Shown piece by piece: positions 52,470 to 64,000 of a stretch of DNA of 64,000 nt. The translations under genes were made by a program, and so were the position numbers. The notes below the pieces were generated by a model that was not told where the DNA came from, searched no databases, and saw only the letters and a program-made list of their open reading frames with translations. Origin of the DNA: Geosiphon pyriformis uo1 (lineage: Eukaryota > Fungi > Glomeromycota); NCBI GenBank assembly GCA_016748015.1, contig JAAOMT010000200.1:246984-310983 (forward strand), given 5' to 3'. Each line of letters starts with the position of its first letter. The first letter of the stretch is position 1.

Positions 52470-53257
52470 TGTTACTTATAGAATATAGAAAGTAAAGTAT
52501 TATTAATCAGTAGATATTAGCCAATCAGAAGTAAACGCAGTAAATGTGGAATTCCAAGATTCCTTTCAGAAGAATTGCAGGATTCCTCTCATCAGGAATT
52601 GCAGAATTCCAGAAATTCCAGGATTTCTGTCGCAAAGAATTGAAGAATTGAGAAATCTCAAATATGTATATATAACAGTAGTATTAGAAGCAGAAAAAAC
52701 AGAATTGACACCAAGCATCTTTAGCTTAGTTATCACAATCCTCAAATAAATAATTATTCACTATATCAAATTCATTTTTCACTATCAACACTTCATGTTG
52801 ATAGTAACTGATACTTAACCATACTGGAACAATAGTTCTTGATCACAGTTATTGACAGGATACTAACTTGCAAATTGCCTTGGCTTATTTTTTTATATTT
52901 CTTTATTTTCTTTATTTTTTTGTAATTTTGTTATTGTGCACTAACCAATTGATTAAAAGCACTAATTACTAAGGTCAAAGATTGCCTGGTAAAAGACCCC
53001 TGCAAGTGGGTAGAACACGTACAAGAGATACAGATTACTTATCAGAGAATTGCCAACCACTAAGCCAAGAAAAAAATTGACAGACTTGTGAGTCTGGGAA
53101 GCTATAGATAAAACAACTATTGAATTTTTGTTCATTATACAAAAGACTCATTTGGAAAACCTTCAGATACCAACCCCTTAAAGATATTATCAACAATGCA
53201 AATAGCTTTGAGCACCAAGTTACAGGTTTGATATTGGCCAAACAAACAATTGTAACA
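52470..53257 (+). repeat. 5' LTR of B
   Basis: TGTTAC...TGTAACA; direct repeat of 61811-62624. Confidence 0.95.
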
Positions 53258-53319
53258 TTTGGTGCTCCCTGTAAGATATAATCCTACAGAGAATCAGCAC
53301 CAACAAACACTATCCAAAA

Positions 53320-56300
53320 GTGGCAGAATCAGAAAATATAGGAGCAAACCATTTAGGATTCACAAAATCCTTATTTCAACACTATTGTTAATACTTGGGA
53401 TTAAACCACAATCATATATCTACCAAATCAGCCTTCAATTTTTATGTCAACAAAAAGATTTTTTTTTTGTTAGGAACACCAGTAAATACTGAATCAGCAA
53501 GGAAAACTTTCTATAGAGAATTAATTCAAAACATCAACCTACCAACAAATTATAATTTTGCATTCATTATCACTGAGATCAACAAAAAAATTGAACATCA
53601 CACCCAACAAAGATATCCAATTACATATGCTAGTAAAGGCAAAGAAAAACTACAAACACCAGCAGTAATACCTAAAAGGATACAACCACTCATTTGAAAG
53701 AAAACAAGAGTTGAATCCCCAACCAATCCATCTTATCACTATACACCTGGAAGTGCCATCAACATTTTATCAACAGACATGTCCACATCAAACATGACAT
53801 CAACATTTGGACAATTCCCATTCCAAAGTAAACAAAAGAAAGTGGAGTTATTAGGACCATATAGCGAATATTTTGAGGGATTTAAATCATGATCACCAAT
53901 GCCATTAGGAATTCGATCATCACCACTTTCACCAGATTTTAAAATCTTTGATCCATGGGAAGTAACGGAATCAAAAGAAGAGAAAGAAAAAGAAACTGAG
54001 AATCAAGAATTTACTTACCAGAACCCAATCACTGAAAACTTAAAATTTGAAACTCCGAATCTTCAGAACCAGCAAAATTTAAATTCAATAAATTCAGAAG
54101 TTGAAACTCCAAATATTCAGACACCGCCAACTCAGGATAATCAAAACCCTGATTTAATTAATCAACCAAACTTATCTCTAGTAATCATTATTGATTAACC
54201 ACTATTTGATCCAATAGCCAAACCCATACAGCAGCCATTTCAACTATCACCTCAACAAAATCAACAACCATTTTAACAGCCACCACAACCACCCAACTTA
54301 GATCCAATGGCATACGCACCAATAGCCAAACTCAAAAAATTTACTGGCAAAGAGGATGATGCTCAAGCCTGGATCAACGATGTCACCAAAGCAATCACTA
54401 TCAATAACTGAGATGATGTCAGAACCATACAAGTCATCCCCTATTTTTTCAAAGACATGGCAGACTCTTGGTATCACAGTTTAGCCCAGAAACCTCAAAC
54501 TTTAATGCCTTCAAATTAGAATTTTTGAGGTATTTTAGTGATAACAACAGCATCAACTGCTTGGCAAGTACTTTCATCACCATCAAACAAGAAGACACAG
54601 AAGCAGTCACCACTTACTTGGGATGCTTCCATAAAAATCTGTGCCAAATTCAGACAATCCAAGCTGACTACTTTACAGCACCACAGATCTTGAACCAATT
54701 CATCTGAAGATTACACAGTAGCATCCTCTAGCAAGTACATCCAATACATCCAGTTAATTTCCCAACTGCCATGACTCATGCCAGAGATTTTGAAGCTGCC
54801 AAGTTAGAAGCTAACCATGTCCAAGCTGTGAATTTAGTACTGAATAAATTATCTGACCTGGATTCCAAGCTAAAACAACTCAGTGACAACATTAATCAGA
54901 AATTAGAGAGCTACTTAGCTGACAATTGTGCAATTTATTAGCCACTCCAACAACATAATGATTTAGGAAATGTGAATTGTTTCCAAAATCAATCATGTCC
55001 AAGATTATCTATTAATCAGTCACAACAGCCAGAAACGCATGTCTGCTACAACTGTGGTAAACAAGGGCATATTAGGACAAACTGCCATACTTATAGCAAC
55101 CCACAATCAGAAAATCATTATCAAAACTCCGATCGCCAGTTTCAGACTCCAAATCACCAATCCAATCAAAAACTATTTCAAAACGCTTACCTGCCTATGA
55201 TACAGCAACCAATTTATCAGCCAACAATATATCAACTGCCAATTTATCAGCCACAGCCACCAACAATTTATCAACCGCAGCCACAAGTCATTTATCAGCC
55301 GTAGCCTCAAGTAATTTATCAACCTCAACAAGTTCAAATGCCACACCAAAACTTAGTTACGATGACATTAGGAAATCCAAGATCCAGAATTACCCAAAAC
55401 TGGAGATCAGCAATGGTTGTTCATCAACCGATCCCCAATTCATCAGGCCAACAATCAGGATCTTGTCAGCGGGATTCGGGTATTGGTTCTACCCAAAACC
55501 TGAATTCCCAGAACTATTTAAGTCTCCTGGTTACACCAAAAGACATTACCTCCAACAACTCAGAACTTGATTAACAACCAACAATACTTACCAACAACAT
55601 CTTACCAGCAATTGTCACTAACAACAAGTCTTTAGCAGCCATCTTTCCATTTGAACTCGAGGAAGTTATGTCAGTCCCCTTATTCAGTAGAGCAGCTCTG
55701 GAAGAAAAACCCATCACTGCCATGTATACTGATATGAAAGTCAATGGCTGCTTCATCAAGTTAATTCTTGACAGTGGTTCAGTAGGCAGCATTATCACAT
55801 GACAACTCATGGATCAATTAGGTTGCTGAGTTGATCGAGCTGCCAGTGCTAAAATTATCACTGCTGATGGCACCACAAAAATGCTTATTGGTAAAATTGA
55901 CAACTTCCCAATTGAAGTTAATGGCATCATTACTTCCATCAAAGTCTTGGTAATAAAAGCAACCCAATACCAAGCATTAGTGGACAATAATTGGTTGTTT
56001 AAAAACAATGCCATTCTCGACTGGACCACACAGAAGCTCCAGCTCAGCCAAAATGGCCAACACACACGAGTACCAGCAATATGTGGCCATTTCAAATCTA
56101 ACAATGTCATGACATCAGTACTGCTTATCAACCTCGAGGAAGAAAAACTAAAGCCTACTTGGGAGGCGTACTAAGCATCGTGGACCGATGTTGACCACAA
56201 CAAACTACTGCCAATACTCACTTGAAATGACGATAACAATGGAAAGGAGGAACAAGGAAAAGAACCTACCTGTGGAACCACCATCAATGCTTGGACCGAC

Positions 56301-59300
56301 AACAAAGACCACTACGAGCTACCACCAATACTATTGTGAGACAAAAACCCCAAGAGAAAGCAAAGAGAGGAACTTACTTGGGAAACGGATGACCTGATCT
56401 GGACCAACAATGATGAAAGGGAACCGACACCAAGCTGAAAATGGGAAGAGAGCAACAAAGAGAAAGAAAAAGCGAAAGAAGAGCCACTGTCAACAAACCT
56501 GTATACCTCCTATCAACACACAACACCACAACAATTCACCTATTGCTGACCCAAATTAGTGTGTGTCAATTGTGACAAGAAATTGTTGTCAATGGACGCA
56601 TACTGTGGTGACAATGAAAAATATCAGATGGCAACCAAGTTCTATTGCCACACATGCCTCGTCAAACATTTTGGAAGACCAAAATGAGTGGGAAAATGAA
56701 ATAATACACCATGTTTAGCCTGTAGAGAAACTCTTTTCGATAAAGGAATGTGGAACGACATTCCTGGGAGAGGAGAAACGTGCGACATTTCTTACCAATA
56801 TATGATCCTCATTAGCAACTAGGTTGAGAAAGAAACACCAATAGAAGCTGCCTGGAGAAAAGCTGTACAGTGATTGGACAGTTGTCCACATAACAACAAT
56901 AAATTATGGCAAATGACAATCGCCAAAATTGAAAGCACATCACCAGAAGAAATTAGGACAATTAAAAACAATCCACCAGAACCCATCGAGCTTGACTGGG
57001 ACGCAGAGCCAGTCATAAATTTCCTGGAACCAGAAGAGTTCCATGAACACTACCAAAACTTGGCACCCACTAGAGAAGAGCAAGAACAATGACTAGCACA
57101 GTTGAATACAAAACTGTATTGCCATTGTTTAATTCCCAGTGACTTTGAATATTGTGACAATTGTAACCTCATTTACAATCCACTACTACACATGATCTAC
57201 ATGATCTCCAAAGAGGAAAAACCAATCAGCAGCTGTGCATCAGAGTCAGAATCACTATTTGATCTCAATACAAACTCTAACAACAACAACAACAAGAATA
57301 ACAGTTCCAGCTCTGTTTAAAATAGCAATAACAATGACAATAATATCAATTTAGATTCAAACTCTGACTCAAACTATGAACAATATATCATGCTTCCTGA
57401 TCTCACCAAGAAACAAGAACTGAAATAGTTCAGCGATAATAATGAAGGTATTATGCCAGAACGTGCGCATGATACTGATGCTGAATTTGACTTGAAGTAT
57501 CCAGAAAAAGATGCCATCAAATTGGAACCACATTTGCACACCTGTATTGATCTGAAAATAGCACTGGAAATTTCAGCAACAACAATAGTTCAACTAGCAT
57601 CCCGGAGTAATTTAGCAAAAAGAAAGATTAATATAAGAGGAGGAATAATTGACATGGAATATATAGAAAATATCATTGCTATGCTACAAAATAACTCAGA
57701 AAAGACCTATATTATAGAGCCAAATGAAAAGATAGCACAGGCAATATTCCTGCCTCTGGTTAAAATAGCTCAATTAATGTCAGTAGGAAACAGGAAAGAA
57801 TTAGAAATAACAGCAAGAGGGATACAGGGATTTGGGTCAATGGGTAGAATAGATGTACCAGTTAATATGGCAGAGGAAGAAATTGTTGGCCAAGAAAAAA
57901 TTATTTCAACTGGTCAAGCTATTTTTATTCCACTATATAGCCAGTACATGTTAACAATAGAAAGGAAGAAAAAAGAGCAAGAACAGTTTTTTGAAGCTAA
58001 AGCAAACTTTTGTGAATCAGGAGAGATTAAACTGATCAATCTTTATATACCAGCCAAAAACTATAGCTGCATAAAAATTCCCATCTACAACAACACTGAC
58101 AATGTCATCAACATACCAGAAGGAACTACCATTGGATATTTAACCACAGAAATAGAAGACCAATTACTAAATCCCATTCCAGACTTTCCACAACTTTGTG
58201 GATATGTTGACATCACATTATAAACAATCTATGGATGAGACAAATGTTATTTTCTCTAACCAGAACAATTAGAACAAATGAACATGAGAAATCTAGACCC
58301 ACTACAATATATGCAGCTCAAGATATTGCTCAACAATTTCAATGACATCTTTGCCAGCAAAAACGAGTTTGGCCAAACTGACATCATCCAGCATCAGATT
58401 AAGACTGGAGATACAATGCCAATTAAACAAAGAGCATACAGAGTATTACCAGCTAGCCACGAAATTATCTATCAAGAGATAAACCGAATGCTTGATAATG
58501 GGCTAATTCAGCTATAAATAAGTTTATGGTCATCACCAATGGTACTTGTCCAGAAAAAAAATAAGAAAATCCACTTTTGTGTAGATTATAGAAAACTCAA
58601 TGAAGTAACTTGTGGAGATAGCTACCCCATTCCATGGATCCAAAAATTATTCAATGCTTTTGGTGGAAACAAATGGTTCTCAACATTAGACTTGGACAGT
58701 GGTTATTGGCAAGTAGCCATGAATCCAGCTGACAAAAAGAAAATGGCATTCACTATTAGAGAAGAGAATTTTGAATTTGAAATAATGCCATTTGGCTTAA
58801 CCAATGCTCTAGCTACTTTCCAACAGCTAATGGAAATTGTTTATACTGGCTTATTATAGAAATTAGTAGTTGTATACTTGGATGACACCAATGTATTTTC
58901 AAAAATGTTTGATGATCATCTTTATCATCTTCAACAAGTGTTCGAAAGACTAAGAAGAATAGAACTAAAGTTAAATGCAACAAAGTGCTTCTTCGGCAAG
59001 ACAGAATTAAAATTCTTGAAACATATAGTCAGCAAAAATGGCATCAAAATGAATTCAGAGAAAATAGAGATAGTAAAGAACTTTCCAGTGCTGACCAATA
59101 TGACAGAATTGAAATCATTTTTGAGATTCACCAGCTATTATTGACATTTTATCAAGAACTTTTCCAAGATAACGCAGCCACTTAACCAATTACAAAACAA
59201 AAATACAAAATATGAATGGACAAAAAGTCAACAAGAAGCTTTTAATATTCTGAAAAGAAAGCTCATTCAAGCTTCAGTACTGATCTATCCAAATCACAGC

Positions 59301-59668
59301 AAACCATTTATTATCACCACCAATGCATCTGGCCAAGCATTGAGAGCAGTACTATCTCAAAGAGGACTGGACAGCAGAGAACATCCAGTAGCATATGCCA
59401 GCCAAGGTCTAACACCAGCCAAAAAGAACTATAGAACACCAGAACAGAAACACTTGGCAATCTATTGGGCAGTCATGAAGTGGAATGAATACTTGAGCCA
59501 AAAGTTTGATATATACATGGATTAATATCACTTCAAAAGCAAGAATGTGATGATGGCTGCCAATCCAGATGAAAAATGGCACTCTCACAATATACTTATA
59601 CTATACACTATAAGAAAAGAAAAAACAATGGAAATGCTGATGGTTTGTCGTGAATAAGACAAATCTAA
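53320..59668 (+). pseudogene. B ORF1: Gag-PR-Cys-rich-dUTPase-RT-RNase H
   Basis: CYNCGKQGHIRTNC; LILDSGSVGSII; ORF fragments at 54972, 55338, 55881, 56874, 57102, 57453, 58278, 58539, 58878 and 59340 are all in one frame, so no gag/pol frameshift is needed. Confidence 0.92.
57453..57850 (+). pseudogene. dut: Trimeric dUTPase domain in B
   Basis: DAEFDL, SRSNLA, GGIIDMEYIENI, KIAQAI, RGIQGFGSMG. Confidence 0.92.
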
Positions 59669-59730
59669 AAACATTTCAAACCCGAAAATATAACAAAACC
59701 AGAACAATACCAACGAAAATATAACAAAAG

Positions 59731-61107
59731 ATGAACATACAAAAATATCAACAACTTCAACATTATATAATCACTCAACAGTTCAAGAAGAATTTATCTC
59801 AAACAGAATGAAAGAGTATTAAACAACAATCAAAATATTTTATCACTCACCAAAATATACTTTATTGGAAAAATAGAAGAGATCCAGATCAACCAACTAG
59901 AGTAATCACAGAGCCAAAAAAAGAGACAATATTATTTAACATGCACTCAAATCCAACAACAGGACATTTTCACAAAAAAGCAACCATGAAAAAAACCAGA
60001 AAGAGATACTATTGGCCATTAATGTATCCAGACATTATTCAATATGTTAAAAATTGTGATACTTGTTAGTGAAGAGGAGGAACAAGACCCAGTAAACCAT
60101 TAAGACCAATCAAAGTGGGACAACCATTTGACCGTATTGGAATTGATTTAATCAGACCATTAACAATCACCAGTAGAGGAAACAGATACATAGCAGTAGC
60201 TATAGACTATCTTACAAAATGGCCAGAGGTGAAAGCAATTCAAAGAGCAAATGCAGAATCTGTTGCCAAATTTGTTCATCAAGATTTGATTTGTCGATAT
60301 AGATGTCCAAAAGAATTATTATCAGACCAAGAAACTCATTTTGTGAACAAAACATTAACAGAATTAAGCCAAAGATTCAGAATTAAGAAATCATTATCAT
60401 CACCATACCATCCACAAACCAATGGATTAGTCGAAAGATTCAACAGAACATTGTATAAAGCAATAGCTAAGCTTAGCCAAGAAAACCAGAACAATTGGAA
60501 TTTGTTTATACCATTAGTATTATTTGCTTATAGAACAATGAAACAAGATACTACACAAGCAACACCATTTGAATTAGTGTATTGGAGAACAGCAACATTA
60601 CCAGTAGAGAGAAAAATTAATACATATCCAGCTGAACCAATAACAGAAGAGAATTTTCAAGAAACATTGCTAAAAAGAACATATGACTTAATGGAAACAT
60701 TGAAAAACAAACGAAGAAGAGCAGCTGAAAATATTCAAAAGTCACAAGAAAAACAGAAAAAAAAACACAATAGTCAACTACCAGACAAACCAGTTGAATT
60801 CAAGATTGGAGACAAAGTACTCTTATATTGTACCAAAGTGGAAAAACAATGGAGTGGAAAATTTGACCCCAAATAGGATGAACCATTTCACATAGAAAAA
60901 ATTCTAGGAAATAAAGCTTACAAATTAAGACTGGATAACAAAATCTTAACCAAAGCAGTACATGGAGATTGACTGAAACCATATCACAACACCACACCAC
61001 TCTCGACCAGTAATATTCCACAATTAGGAGTACAGAAAATACTAGTCCAACCAGATGAGATTCCACAAGATCTGGAACTAATCATTATTATTGACAACAA
61101 CATGTGA
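59731..61107 (+). pseudogene. B integrase
   Basis: HSNPTTGHFH...RYYWP...CDTC; IGIDLIRPL; LLSDQETHF; PYHPQTNGLVERFNRTL. Confidence 0.93.
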
Positions 61108-61137
61108 AATTGATCCGTCAAAAGAATATATAAGGAT

Positions 61138-61797
61138 ATGGTTGACGTGACGAAAGATACTAGAAAAATGGAGATTACCAACAGCATCCATTCATTAGCA
61201 CAACAAATTTTTCAATTAATCCAACACCAGGAGATAGAAATTATAATCAATCAACAAACCATTCGATACAAAAGTACTACAAAGATACCACAACACAAAG
61301 CAAAGAGAAAACTCGAAAATGTTGTTGACAGAATCATGACCAAGGTAAAATTGGCCATAAAAGAACAACAGATAGTCGAATTATACCAAAAACTTACCAA
61401 AGAAACTTGGACTTAGTAGATGCAACAATTTCTAAGAAACTATTGTCATTTCCACTTGGGACAACACGTAAATATCCAGAATTTGTACACTGACAAAACA
61501 AAATAGTTATTTGATACAACAATACTGGGACAACTGGAACAATTTATGGGAAAGAACAATCTAATCACACAAGCTCAAATCATTTATTGGTTATACATGG
61601 GATTTCAAGACTGACTAGAAATTTTACTCAATACAACAATGAATACAATTACAAGTAATCAATTAGAAAAAATGACCAACACCCAATTTGAAAAACTACA
61701 AATTCAAATAACACAAGTAATACTCGAAAAAAAAGTTCAAGAAATAATTCAAGAGGGAGAATTAAAGAAATTAAATTTTGATAGAGCTCAATATTAA
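61138..61797 (+). pseudogene. Unknown domain or ORF between the integrase and the PPT of B
   Basis: MEITNSIHSLAQQIFQ...NFDRAQY*; homologous to 38551-39186. Confidence 0.75.
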
Positions 61798-61810
61798 AAG
61801 GAGGGAATAA

Positions 61811-62624
61811 TGTTACTTATAGAATATAAAAAGTATAGTATTATTAGTCAGTAGATATTAGCCAATCAGAAGTAGACACAGTAAATGTGAAATTTCAGGA
61901 TTCTTTTCAGAGGAATTGCAGGATTCCAGAATTCCAGAATTTCTCTCATCAGGAATTGCAGGATTCCAGAAATTCCAGAATTCCTGTTTCAAAGAATTGA
62001 AGAATTGAGAAATCTCAAATATGTATATATAATAGTAGTGTTAAAAGCAAAAAAGACAGAATCAACACCAAGCATCTTTAGCTTAGTTACCACAATCCTT
62101 AAATAAATAATTATTCACTATATCAAATTTATTCTTTACTATCAACACTTCATATTGATAATAACTAATACTTAACCATACTGAAACAATAACTCTTGAT
62201 CATGGCTATTGATGGAATACTAACTTGCAAATTGCCTTGGCTTATTTCTTTATATTTCTTTATTTTCTTTATTTTTTTGTGATTTTGTTATTGTGCACTA
62301 ACCAATTGATTAAAAGTGCTGATTACTGACGTCAAGGATTGCCTGGTAAAAGACCCCTACGAGTGGATAGAACATGTACAGGAAATACGGATTACTTACC
62401 AGAGGATTGCCAACCACTAAGCCAAGAAAAGAATTGACAAACTTGCGAGTCTGGAAAGCTACAGATAAAACAACTATTGAATCTCTGTCTATTATACAAA
62501 GAACTCATTTGGAAAACCTTCAGATACCAACTCCTTAAAGATATTATTAACAACATAAACAGCTTTGAGCACCAAATTATGAGTTTGATATTGGACCTGA
62601 GACCCCAAATAAACAATTGTAATA
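61811..62624 (+). repeat. 3' LTR of B
   Basis: AAAAGGAGGGAATAA|TGTTAC...TGTAATA. Confidence 0.95.
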
Positions 62625-64000
62625 CCATATGATTAAAAGTATTTTAGATAAACCCTTTTGCAAAGTGGTTTTTGATTATTTGATAGTTGATGATAAGCTG
62701 GTTTTGGATCCTGTTGAAGTTAAATCTAAAGTTGATATAATAATGGAAGGGTGGACTAGGAAGCATTTAATGTCTGCACTTTTATCTGCTTCTTGAATTT
62801 GTCAGTATGCTTCTTTACAACATGTGAATAATAGCACTTTTTCTGATATTATAGATGTTATTGGTTTTGATGAGTTGTTTCAAGTTGTCAAACATTTGTT
62901 AGATGAGAAAACCACTGGCCTTAGTAGTATTCTTAACAAATTGTGGAAGCATTGTGGTAATGCCATTCTTAAAAGTTTGTTGAGTCTTTTAAATTTGTAT
63001 TTAAGATTAGGTACAGTTCCAGTTTTGTGGAAGAAAGCATGAATTTCAATAATACCCAAGCCTTACAATTGGGATAGTGTTTTAATAAACACTTATTCTA
63101 TTGCTCTAGTGGAGACTGCTCGCAAGATTCTCTCTAAGATCTTTTTAAATTGGATTTCTCTTACTTGCAGCAAGTTTGGAGTTTTATGTAGGAATAATTT
63201 TTTTATACTTAAAGACACTTCAATGCAGACTCCTATTTTTGCTGTTGGCTTAATGGTTGAAGATGCTTTGGAGAAGGGTAGAGAGATTTGGTTGGTTTTA
63301 TAGGACATGTACAAAGCATATGACTCAGTTGGCTGGCACCATTTGAAAACTAGTTTGTGGTGCATCAAAATGTGTAATAGGTTTATCAAGTTTTTTGGTG
63401 GAATTCACAATGGAAGAGTGAACTGTGTTATAACTGATTTTGGCCTTTCAGATGGCTACTGGGTTTTTAATGGTCTTGATTAAGGTAAGATGTTGTCCTC
63501 TCTTCTTTGGTGGATCTTCTATGACTTTCTGTTGTGTGAAGTTAAGAGACAAGAGAGTGTGTGTGGTTACTGGATTGATACCAAGTTTGTGGCCAAAACA
63601 GGCAGGATAAGCAACATAAGTGAAATGACCTCCTTTTTTACAGTTAGGGCTTTTGTTGACAATACTATTTGGGTTGGGAGTAACCAGGCTGCTCTGCAGT
63701 TTATACTTGACATTGCTAGTAATTTTTACTTAATCAATAATATTTCAATTAATAATGATAAGACAATAGCTATTCCTATCAACCAGAGAGTTAAAGATGT
63801 TGTACTTAAGATCAGTGGATCACTTATTTCGATTGCCAAACATGGTGTACCTCATAGATACTTAGGTATTTTTTTGTCTACTAGTCATTTGTCCAAACCC
63901 AGTTTAGCTAAAGTGCAGTCTGACATTAAGTTTTTTTCTAATATGGTGTTACAGAAGGCTATTTTTAACAAACAGTTCTTATATTTGGTTTCAGCTGTTT
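62625..64000 (+). pseudogene. LINE-3w ORF2 continued (RT), truncated by the window end
   Basis: MIKSILDKPF, DMYKAYDSVGW, LSSLLW, AFVDNTIWVG, LSKPSLAK. Confidence 0.9.

Larger units (their letters stand above)
52470..62624 (+). mobile_element. Full-length Ty3/Gypsy LTR retrotransposon B (family 1, dUTPase-containing), ~10.2 kb
   Basis: LTRs 52470-53257 and 61811-62624; PBS TTTGGTGCTCCCTG at 53258; PPT 61796-61810; TSD CCAC/CCAT. Confidence 0.96.
49265..64000 (+). mobile_element. LINE-3w, interrupted by Gypsy B and running off the window end
   Basis: 5' terminal inverted repeat; ORF1 49404-51193; ORF2 from 51190, split at 52469/62625. Confidence 0.92.

Overview
This window is eukaryotic, very AT-rich repeat DNA with no recognisable host gene, RNA gene or CRISPR array. 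The element types and composition resemble a Glomeromycotina-type fungus such as Geosiphon, but that is an inference. It is a nested set of decayed retrotransposons. There are three long LINEs (ORF1 RRM/CCHC; ORF2 APE-RT-RNaseH-CCHC) and one 5'-truncated LINE. Two full-length Ty3/Gypsy elements (A 29922-39958, B 52470-62624), five partial ones (C-G) and three solo LTRs from three LTR families are inserted into them. Every long element reading frame is broken, mostly by C>T/G>A transitions not limited to CpG (RIP-like). Comparing copies reveals an unusual Gypsy design. The first ORF is long-N-term-Gag-PR-[Cys-rich Zn domain]-dUTPase-[dUTPase-like remnant]-RT-RNaseH and ends in a conserved STOP. 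A separately initiated integrase ORF follows, then an unknown ~210-230-aa domain ending at the PPT. These elements make 4-bp TSDs biased to ATGN/NCAT and carry an LTR hairpin with a palindromic loop. The LINEs share a 5'-terminal inverted repeat and an ATGA ORF1-stop/ORF2-start overlap. One microhomology-flanked deletion near 19615 can explain the scrambled middle of the window.
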